64,000 nucleotides of DNA. It comes from an uncultured Arcobacter sp. Its GTDB lineage: Bacteria; Campylobacterota; Campylobacteria; Campylobacterales; Arcobacteraceae. Of the stretch, positions 1-12,000 are shown piece by piece. Under the pieces are notes generated by a model. The model ran no database searches. It was given only the letters and a program-made list of their open reading frames with translations, and was not told the origin of the DNA. The stretch's first letter is position 1; the number at the start of each line of letters is the position of its first letter. Where the stretch lies: assembly GCA_965140705.1 (NCBI GenBank), contig OZ223300.1, positions 1,472,001 to 1,536,000 of the forward strand, in the 5' to 3' direction. The position numbers were made by a program, and so were the translations under genes.

Positions 1-3000
1 GATGATATTATTCGAAGTGGAATAGGTGAAGATACTATTTATGGTGAAGCAGGGAATGATACTTTTGTATTTGAAGCTGCTGATAATATGACAAACTTTG
101 TTTATGGTGGAGATGAAATAAGCGATAATGGAACTCTTGATATGGTTGATTATCGATTGGCTATCAAAGGTATGACCATTGATTTAAATGGAAAAACAAA
201 TATAAATAGTGCCGATGAATCTACATATGATGCAAATGTTATAGGAACATATAATAGTAATGGTTTTGCTTATAGTCAAGATCAAGGATTTAATCTACTT
301 TATGGAATCGAACAAGTAAGAGGTAGTGATTTAGAGAGTGACACCATAAGAGGTAATAGTTCTACTAACTCTATTTGGGGACATGGTGGAGATGATACCT
401 TATATGGAGTTGATGGAGCAAACTACTTAGATGGTGGAGCAAATAATGACTTAATCTTTGCAGGTCATGGTGCAGATGTTATGGTAGGGGATAGTGGAGA
501 TGATACTTTTAAAACCTATTATAATGCATCAGGAACAAATGCCGATGAAAAATTTGGAGGAGATAACACTATTTATGGTGGTACTTGGGATGGTACTACT
601 GCCGGACTTGCTGGTAGTGATCTTGTAGATTACCAAGTCATTGACAATAATTACAATGTATTTGTAGATTTGGGATTGACTGATGGTAGTGTTCAAATAA
701 GGGATAACAGTACTTTAGCAGTTCAAAAAACTGATGCACTTTTTTATATTAATAGTGCTATTGGAACAAGTGGTAATGATACTTTCAAAGGGAATTCAAA
801 TGCAAATGTTTTAAATGGATTTGCAGGGAATAATACAGCACTATATACATATACAGCTCTAATTGCAGGTATATCTGTAAATTTACAAGCAGGAACAGTA
901 GATAAAATAGTAACTGGAAATACAAATCTTACTGATACTTTATCAAATATTCAAAATATAGTTGGAACAAGCTATGATGATAATTTTGTAACAAAAATAG
1001 ATGAAGCAAATATTATTGATGCTGGAGATCAAGGGACAAATGGAGATACTATAGATTATAGTACAAATGGTACAACAAATATAGTTCTTGATTTAGATGT
1101 TTCTCATACTACTGATTATTATGGTGTAGGAGCAATCAATGATGGTACATATGCAAGTGTATATGTAAGCAATGGTTCTACTGATAAGATAAAAAATATT
1201 GAAAATATCAAAGGTAGTGGTGGTTCTGACACTATTTATGGAAATGCTTCTAATAATACTATTTATGGTATGGGTGGAAATGACACTATTTATGGAGTTG
1301 CTGGTTCAAATTATATTGATGGTGGAGCAGGTGATGACTCAATTTATAGTGGAACAGGAGCTGATAAATTATTTGGTTCTTCTGGTAATGATATCTTCAG
1401 AGCAACAAGTGCCTCAAGTTTTGCAGGAGATGTAATAGATGGGGGAACTGAAGTAGATAGTTCTAATAACTTTATTGGAAGAGGTAGTGATACTGTTGAT
1501 TATAGTTTATTAGATACAACAGGTTTTACAAAAGGTGTTGATTTAACTTTATCAAATGATGTAAATACTACTGTAAGTATAAATGGTAGCAATTCTCATA
1601 CTATTGTTAATATAGAAAATATTATAGGAACAACTGTTAATGATACTATTAATGGAGATGGTGGAGATAATACATTAGTAGGTGAAACAGGTAGTGATAC
1701 TATTAAAGGAACAGCAGGAGATAATACTATTTATGGGGATAAAGTTGATGGTAGTGAAGCTGATGTTGTAGGAAATAGTGATTTAATTTATGCAGGAACT
1801 GGTGACGACAAAATTTATGCTGGTGGTGGTAGTGATACAATTCATACTGCATTGGGAAGTGATACTATTTATGGTGGTTCTGGTGACGACTTTATTTATG
1901 CTGGTGTTGGAAGTAATAAAATTTATGGTGGAAATTATATTGTGGCTACCCAAACACATAGTGATAGTGGAAATGATACAGTAAGTTATGAAAACATTGT
2001 TGGAAGTGGTGTTATTGCAAGATTGAATTCTAACTTAGCAATAGTTAGTGCAACTGGAAATGCTGATGTATTATTTGGTATAGAAAATGTTACTGGTACA
2101 GCTTTGGCAGATGAGATAGTAGGAAATTCAGCTGAGTCAAATACTCTTATTGGTGGAGCTGGTAATGATACAATAAATGGATTAAGTGGTAATAATGATC
2201 TACAAGGTGGAGCTGATAACGATACTATAATCTCAGGTAGTGGAGATAATATTATAGATGGTGGAGCTGGAAGTGATACAGTTGATTATAGTTATTTAAC
2301 AGGTACCTCATTTGGTGATGACGATGCAACAAATGGAAAAGTTAACGGAATCTATTATAGTGGTGTAAAAGTTGATTTAACAGATTCTAATACTCAAAGA
2401 ATACATGATAACTATGGTAGTGATACTATCTCTGGAATTGAAAATGTTATTGGTTCTACAAAAGATGACCATATTATTGGAAATGATGAAATTAATATTC
2501 TTGATGGAAAAGGTGGAAATGACTATTTTGTTCTAGGACAAAATATAGATACTATTCTTGGAGGAACTGGAACAGATACTATTGAGTTCAGTGATACGGG
2601 AAGAGATGGTACTACTATTGGTGGAGTAAATGTTGATTTAAATAAAAACCAAACTCTAGGAAGTGCTGATACTTATAGAGTAATTGATGATGGATTTGGA
2701 AGTGCAAAATATCTTGATAGCATTGAAAATGTAATAGGTACTAGTTATGATGATATTATTTTTGGAAATGGAGATGCCAATTCATTAGTAGGTGGTGCTG
2801 GAAATGATACTTTAAAAGGAAGTTTAGGTGCAAATGTTCTTGATGGAGGAACAGGTGAAGATTGGGCATATTTTGATGATATAGTAGTTTCAGGTGCTAC
2901 AATAGTACTTGATACTGATGGCGATAATTCAAATGGTAGCCAAGGTACATCTAATATAACAGGTTATCAAACTACATTAATGGGTATTGAACATGTAAAA

Positions 3001-6000
3001 GCAACAGCATTATCAGATACTATAACAGGTGATTATAATGATAACTCAATATTAGCTGGTGGTAATAATGACACTATTTACTCTTCAAAAGGGAGTGATT
3101 ATATTGATGGAGAAGAGGGTTCTGATACAGTAGATTATGCAAGAAGTGATGTAAGTGCTGGAGTTATTATAGATCTTAATGCAACTCAAGATGATGGAGA
3201 TAATACTACTTGGGCTGTACAAAATGATGGATATGGTAATAAAGAGAGACTTTATAATATAGAAAATGTAATTGGAACCAAAGAAGATGATTTTATAAAA
3301 GGTAATGGTCAAAATAACACTCTATTTGGAAACGAAGGTACAGATACACTTTATGGAATAAGTGCTAATAATATATTGGTAGGTGGAGCAGGAAGTGATG
3401 TATTTAGAGGTGGAATAGGTGATAATATAATTTATGGTGAAAGTTATGTATCACTAGGTGGAGCTGGAACTGAAAGCGCATTTGAAATCGCAAACTCAAG
3501 GGATAAAATTGATTTTAGTGATGCTGGTGTTTCTGTTACATTAAATTTAAGTGATACTACTGATATAAACTATATAAATGAAACTACACTTACCCTTGAT
3601 GCAAGAACTTCAATTGGTTATGGGAAAAATACAATTTATAATGTTGAAGATGTAGTTGGAGGAAGTGGTTCAGATACTTTGATTGGATCATCTGTTGGCA
3701 ATGTAATAGATGGTGGAGCTAATAATGATATTTTATTTGGATTTGGAGGTTCTAATACCTTAATAGGTGGTGCAGGTGATGATACTATCCTAGGATTATT
3801 AAGTGGTGATGCTATTTATGGTGGTACATTTGATGGAACAACTGCTACAAATAGTGGATCAGATTGGGTTGATTATAGTTATATTACTCCTACAGATGGA
3901 AGAGCTATTAATGTTGATTTATCATTAGGGTCTAATCAAGTAAGTGAAGTAGGAAATAGTGCTAATGCAGATACTTTAACTCATATAGAAAATGTTGTTG
4001 GTACTTCTAATAATGATACACTAAAAGGAGATGATAATTTTAATATTGTAAATTCACTTTTAGGATACAAAGGGGATGATAGTTTTATTGTTTCAAAAGG
4101 AAGTGATTATTTTGATGGAGGATTAGGATTCAACAGTGTTGATTATAGTGGTGTTGATTCTGCTGATGGAGGTTCGAAAATCATAGTTGATTTAGGACTT
4201 AGTAAAGCAACTGACAATGGATATCATCTTGATCCAAGTGGTACAAATAGTGTAGTAGAAGATGATTTATTAAATATCCAAAAAGTAATAGCTACTAATT
4301 ATGATGATACACTTTATGGAAGCTCTTATGGAAATATATTTGTAAGTGGAGCAGGGAATGACCTTGTAGATGGTAGAGAAGGTGATGATACTATTTATGG
4401 TGTTTCTGGAAACAACAAATTATCAGGAGGAGCAGGAGCTGATACTATTTATGGTGGAAGTGGAAATGATACTTTAAGTGGTGATGCAGGAAATGATTTA
4501 CTTGATGGTAGTTTAAATGGTGATAACACTTTCATAGGTGATACAGGTGATGATACTTTTATAGGTGGAACAGGAGTAGATACTCTTTATTATGCAAGTA
4601 GTCAATCAGGAATTGCAGTTACTCTTAAAGCAGCTGGAGAAGATGGGACAGTTATTAGTTCTACTGATGGTACAGATATTTTAAAAACCCACTTTGAAAG
4701 AATTATTGCAACAAATTATAAAGATACAATAGACTTAAGTGATGCAAGAGGTGATAATACAGTTTTAGCCTATGGTGGAAATGATACAATAACAGCAAGT
4801 AGTACCCATAATGATTCTATTTATGGTGGAGATGGAAACGATATTATTTATGCAAATGGTGGAACAAATAAATATTATGGTGGAAATGCAACACTAGATA
4901 GCTCAGGAAATATTATAGGACACTCTGGAAGTGGAACAGATAGCTTAAGTTATATAAATGCAACAAATAGTGTAAACATAGATTTAAGTACAAATCAAGC
5001 TAGTGATAATGGCTTTGGCTCAAGTGATGAAATCTATGATATAGCATATGTTACTGGTTCAAACCATGATGATGTTATAAAAGGTAATTCTGGAATTAAT
5101 AAAATTGTAGCTGGTGATGGAGATGATTGGATTATTGCAACAGCTGGCAATGATGAAATATATGGTGGAAACCATACAACAACAGATGGTTCACAAGGTA
5201 GTAGTACGGCTATAGCAAAAGGTGGAGATTGGCTAAGCTTTGATGAAATAACAAATGGACTTGATGCAACAATGAGTGCAAACTCTATTACTTTTGGTGG
5301 ATATACTCCAAATATAGTAGAAATAGAGAACCTTTTTGGTACAAAACTAGCTGATATATTAAGAGGTGACAGTAATAATAACACTCTTCATGGAAATGAA
5401 GGTAATGATACAATATATGGAACAGCAGGGAATAACTTCCTAATAGGTGGAGAAGGTGACGATACTTTAGAAGGTGGAACAGGTGTTGATAGATATGATG
5501 GAGGAAATGAATCTTTAGTTTCAACAGATGATTCAGTTTTATATGCAGGAAGCTCAAATCAAGGAACAAATACAATTAGTTTTTATGATGCAAATAATGC
5601 TGCAAATATTGATTTAGCTTATGACAATGGTGATGGTACTTTTGGAAGAGTTTTAGATGATGGTTCTTCAAATCATAATGTTGAAACATATATTAGAAAT
5701 ATAAATAATATAACAGGAACACTGAATTATGATGATATCTTAAAAGGAAATAGTGAATCAAATATTATAAGTGGACTTGGTGGATTAGATACTATTTATG
5801 GAATAGGTGGTGAAAATACACTTTTAGGTGGTACTGGTAATGATACCATTTATACTGCCACTTCTAAAACAGGAAGTGATAGGGGAGATATTGCTTTAGG
5901 TGGAGAAGCAACAGATAGATTAGTAGGGTCTTTCCATAAGGATTTATTAATAGGTGGTCAATTTGTAAATAATAGTGGAACTGTAACTTATACAGATATA

Positions 6001-9000
6001 AGTGTGGATTGGCTTGATTATAGCTCACATACAAGTACTAATGAATATGGTGTAAATATAGATTTATCTACAGTATCTACTGTTACTTTTACAGGTGCAG
6101 ATTCTGATAGAAGTGATTATAATGGTGATTACTCAAAAATATATGAGTTAGATAATACAGGAGCTTCAACTACAAACTTTGATTACATAAAAGGTATAGA
6201 GTATATAAAAGGAAGTAATTATATTGATACTTTAAAAGGTGATACTAATAATAACTCTATTTTAGCTGGTGATGGTGATGATGTTATTTATTTAGATTCT
6301 AATGGAAGTGATTATATTGATGGTGAAGGTGGTTCTAACTGGCTTAGCTTAGAAGATAATTACAGAGGAACTATTAGATTAGATAACAATTTAGCAGGTA
6401 CAGTAAATGGGAATGTAGAAATTCATAATGTAGCTAATGTATTAGGTAGAAGTTCAAGTGCCCAATCTGAAACTGTATGGGGTGGAAATGTAGATAATAC
6501 TTTTATTTTGTTTGATGGAAATGATACGGCACTTGGTGGAAATGGTTCAGATGTATATGATATGGGTGCTGGTAATGATAGAGTTTATTCAAACTATGGA
6601 AGTGATACTTTAATAGGTGGCGCTGGAACTGATACAATAGATTATTGGGGAAATTATGGTTCTAATCAAGGTTCTGTAACTATTCTAAATAACATAATAG
6701 CAGCTGATTATAATAATTTGGCTACTGGACTTGGAAGTTTAAGCATTACAGATAAAACAGTACAATATAGTAAATTAACTGTTGATTTAAATGGTGTTGG
6801 AAGTATTACAGATGGTGAACATTGGTTTTATAAAATAACAGATGGTAGAGGATATACTGATTATCTATATGCAACATCTGACCCAGCAAATGCTTTTGAT
6901 ATAAATAATTCAACTCCTGATTTTGAGAACTATAATTTAGGCTCAAGAGCAGATATCTTTAGTGGTAGTAATCTATCAGAAGTTGTTTCAGGAAATAATG
7001 GAAATGATACTATTTGGGCAAATGGTGGAGATGATAATATTTCAGGTGGTTCTGATGATGATACGATTTTTGGAGTTTCAGGAAATAATGTATTAAATGG
7101 TAATGGTGGAAATGACCTTATCTTTGGCGGATCTGGAAATGATAAAATATATGGTGACTCAGGAAATGATACTATTTATGCAAAAGAAGGTACTAATATC
7201 ATAGATGCAGGTTCAAATGATGATATTATTTATGCAGGAACTGGTGTTGATACAATAGAAGGTGGAACAGGAGTTGATACTTTAAGATTTGATGGTGCAA
7301 ATACAAGAGTTGTCGTAAACTTAGGAAGTGATGCTTTATCTTATGATAGTACAACAATAGCAGCTAATAAGTTTATATCTAGTTGGAAAGATGGTTCAAA
7401 TGCTGAACAAGTAGGAACAGTAACAGGAATCGAAAATGTAGATGGTACAGACTTCAATGATACTATTAGAGGAAATGATTCTATAAATACAATAAGTGCT
7501 GGTGCTGGAGATGATTATATCTTTGCAAGTTTAGGAAATGATAATATTGATGGTGGTACTAATACAGCTGGTGCTTCTCAAGGTTATGGTGACTGGTTAG
7601 ATATTAGTTTAATAACTACAGATAGTGGAGCTAGTATAAATCTTGGTGGTGGAACAGGACCAATAGGAGTTAGATTTGATGTCTCTTCAACACAATATAA
7701 TCAAGTTACTACAAATATTGAGAATATACAAGGTTCACTTCAAAATGATGATATTCTTGGAAACTCTTCAAATAATATTATAGATGGAAATAGTGGAGAT
7801 GATAGAATCTATGCCATTTCTGGTGAAAATACACTATTAGGAGGAGATGGTAATGATACTCTTTATAGTGGAACAGGTAATGATATTATAAATGGAGAAG
7901 CAGGTAATAATCGTGTTGATTATACCCATAGTCATACTGCAAATGTAAAAGTAAATCTTGATAGTTCAACACATAATGGTATAGCTTCTATGACAGGGGT
8001 TACAACTACTATGACTGATACCTTATCAAATATCCAAAATGTAGCAACAGGTGGAGGTAATGATACAATTTGGGCAAATGGTGATACCAATAGTTTAAAT
8101 ACTGGTTCAGGAAATGATGTGATTTATGGAGGAACTGGAGTTGAAATAATTAATTCAGGTTCAAATAATGACTACATTTATGCAAGTGAAGGTAATGATA
8201 TTATAGATGGTTCTACAGAAATTGATATGGTTGATTACTCTTCAAGTTCTACAGGTATTACAGTAACTCTTGGAGATAGTGGAGCTGAAACAGATTTAGA
8301 GCATACAATTGGTGGAAATGCTTATACTGATAAACTTACAAATATAGAGGCAATAACAGGTTCCTTAACAGTTTCAAATAATCTTACTGGTAATAATATG
8401 GATAATACTTTAATTGGTGGAAATCAAACAGATATTATCAAAGGTGTAAGTGGTGATAATAGACTTGATGGTGGTGCTGGAGTTGATACAATTTATGCTG
8501 GTAGTGGAAGTGATGAAATTATTGGTGGAAACAATGCTGAAAACTGGTTATATTATACTGACTTAGGAAGTACAAATATAGATGTAAGTCTAAGAAGTGG
8601 TCAAGCTACATATGGAGCTCAAAGTGATAATATAACTCAAATTAGACATATTAAAATGGGAAATGGAACAAATACAGTAGAGGGTGACCAATTTGATAAT
8701 ACTTTAGAAGGTGGAACTGGAACAGATACTTTAAGTTTCTCTGGTGCTTCAAGTGGTGTAATAGTAAATGTTACAGCTAATGGTGAGGGAACTGCAACTG
8801 GTGATGGAAATGATAATTTTACAGGATTTGAAAACTATACTCTCTCTTCAAATGCAGATATTATAAATTTAAGTGATGTATATGGTAGTACTATTGATGG
8901 TGGAAATTCATTAAGTGATGAGGTTGATTATTCAAATACAAATTCGGCATTAACAGTAACAGTTGCAAATGGAAATACAAGTGCAACTGTTACAGATGGT

Positions 9001-12000
9001 TCTAGCACAGATACCTTACAAAATGTAGAAAAAATTATTGGTGGATCTGGAGATGATATATTTGTTGTGTCAGATGTAACAAATATAGATACCCTTGATG
9101 GTGGACTTGGAACAAATGAACTTCAATTAAGTGGAAGTAATCTTGACCTATCTTCTGTTACATTATTAAACTTTGATAGTATTACTGTTGCAGCTGGAGA
9201 TACTTTAACTCTTAGTGCCACTGATTTAGATGATAAAACTATGACTATTACACTTGGAAATAGTGCTACTTTAGAAATAATAGCAACAGGTAATCCTAAT
9301 GACCATGATTTTGGTGGAATAACAGTTTCAAAAGGAACAAGTGCTACGGCTCAATTGATTTCAAATGAAACAGTTAATTTAACAACAAAAAATCTAAACA
9401 ATATTTTTGATACATATTCTACGACAAATGGTACTTTAACATTAGGTGAATCTCAAGTTATTGGGAAAACTATATCAGGGGCAGGAAGTGCCATTGTAGA
9501 AATAAGTGCTGATAGTAATCAAGACTATAACTCTATTCTAACACTTGATACCCCTACAAATGGGACAGTTAAATTTACAGCAAATTCAACATTTACAGGA
9601 GATTTTGCAAATTCAAATATTGTAGTAAATAATGCAGTTACATTAAGTACAACTTTTGATAAATTATCTGGTAAAACAGATGTATTAAGTGGAGCAGGTA
9701 ACGTGACTCTTTCTGATGCAAATGTGGATGCAAGTAATGTAGATGCTGTAGCAAATGCTATAGATGGAGTATTAACAGCAACTATAACTACAGGAGAAGT
9801 TAAAGCTACATTAGATGCAATCACAAATGTAAATGCTAGTGATAATATTACCTTTACTACAACTGATACGACTGTAGATGCAAGTGATTTAGTTGACTTA
9901 AATGCAAAAGTTGATACTTTTGGTGTAGATACAATTACAGATATTACAGAAGCTTATAATACAGCAAATGTAGCAACAGAGGTTGTAAATGCATTAAATA
10001 TTACTGGAAATACAGAGAAAGTTTCAATAACAGGCGGTTCTTTATCAGCAAGTGATGTAAATATAATATCAGCTGCAACAACAGGAGTATTAACAGCAAC
10101 AGTAACAGCCGCAGCTGCATCTACATTGGCAAGTACCTTAACAAATACAGATGCAAATGATGCATTAACAATAACAGTAAATGCAGAAGCTGGTGGAGTA
10201 GCTACATCTGCTAGTGACCTTGTATCTTTAAATGGAGATACTAACCAAGTTATTACAATGAGTGCAGTATCAAGTATAAGTGGTACATATAGTGATTTAA
10301 ATGATATATATGTAACAAATGCCGCACAATATAATGGTGAAGGTGATGAAACAGTAACAATTACAGGAACAGTAAGCGCAACACAAGCAGATACAATAGC
10401 AGATGCAACAAGTGGAATAGTAACAGCAACAATAACAGCAGATACAGCATCAGCATTAAATTCAGCATTGGAAGATAGTGGTTCACAAATTAATGCATAT
10501 AGTTTAACTATAAGTGGAACAACAGCAACAGCTTCTGATTTAATTGCTTTAGATAACAAAACTTCAGTTGCAATTGATACAAATACAAATGTAACAAAAA
10601 TAACTGGAAGTGCTGCAGAGCTAAAAACAGTATTAGAATCAAGTGGTATAAATATATCTTCGAATGTAGATGTAGAAATTACTGGAACGACAGTGGCAAC
10701 ATTAGCTGAATTAAAAGCTATTAATGATGTAACAAGTGGAGATATTACATTAAATTCAGAATCAGTAAGTGCAGATTATTCAGGTATTAGCTCAGATGTG
10801 AAAGCTGCATTTGCAGGAAATATTACAGAACTTAATGGAGCAATTAACTTAACTGATACCTCAGTTAGTGCAAGTGATGCAAATATTGTAGCAAAAGTGA
10901 CAACAGGAGTATTAACAGCAACAGTGGCAGCAGATACAGCATCTGCACTAGTTTCAAACTTAACAGATGCCTCTTCAAATGATGCTTTAACCTTAACAGT
11001 AACAGGAAGTGCAGCAGCATCAGATTTAAGTTTATTGGATGGTAAAACATCAGTTGATGTAATAGTAAATGCAACTAATGTAACTGGAAACTACAGTGAT
11101 TTAAATAGTTTATATGTAACAAATGCTGGAGATTTTAGTGGATTAGGAGATGAAAATATAAGTGTAAGTGATACAACTATATCAGCAGGAAATTTATCTG
11201 AAATAAATGGTTACACTACAGGTAATGTTGATGCGTCAAATGTAACTAATATCGAAGGAAATTTATCAGATATTAATAACCTATATGGAGAATCAGGATT
11301 TATTAATTTATCTGGTAATACAGCAGATTTATCAACTTCAGGTAATTTTGATAGTGTTACTGATTTTAGTAATATAAATAATGGTGATATAACTAATTTA
11401 AATTTTGCTACTGGTGATGATAAACTCTCTTTTACAGATAGTTCAAGTTTTGATAACTTTACTAATAACTTTACTAATATTGATTTAAATAGTGGAAATG
11501 ATGAGTTTGATTTCTCTTCAGCTGTAACAAGTGATTTAGATTTTAGCAATGTTTCAAATCTTGAAACATTAAATTTTAGTGATAATGATGATTCTGTAAC
11601 TTTTGGAAGTGATGAATACAATGCTGGTATTAGAACATTAAACTTAGGAGATGGAACAAATACAGTTGATTTAAATGCAGATACTTCAAGTTCTGTAAGT
11701 GTAAATGGTGGAACAGGAAATGATGAATTTGTACTTGATTTTAGCAGAATTAGTGAAAAAGATTATCAAGTAGATGGTTCTACTGGAAGTGATACTATCA
11801 CATTACATGGATATAATGGTCAAGATGCTCAAAGTTCACTTAATAATGTATTTAATAGTATGGAGAAATTAGATTTATCTGATTCTGGTGGAACATTTAC
11901 AATTGATGCAGATGTAATTAATAGTTGGAATGGAGCATCAAATAATGAATTTACAATAAGCGGAGCAGGAGATGATACTTTAAATATTACAACAACAGAT

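Noticed and set aside
88..90. ATG 88 as start of the RTX protein
   Set aside because: The frame is open to base 1 and still encodes RTX repeats, so the true start lies upstream of the window.
1..9120. RTX repeats as a CRISPR array, DGR or MARTX/toxin effector region
   Set aside because: The repeats are degenerate and protein-level. No constant DNA repeat-spacer pattern, cas gene, reverse transcriptase, or recognisable toxin/protease domain was seen.
1199..11621. Alternative-frame and antisense ORFs inside the RTX gene (e.g. 9954-10559 minus, 201 aa)
   Set aside because: Shadows of biased, repetitive codon usage; low-complexity translations with no recognisable motifs.
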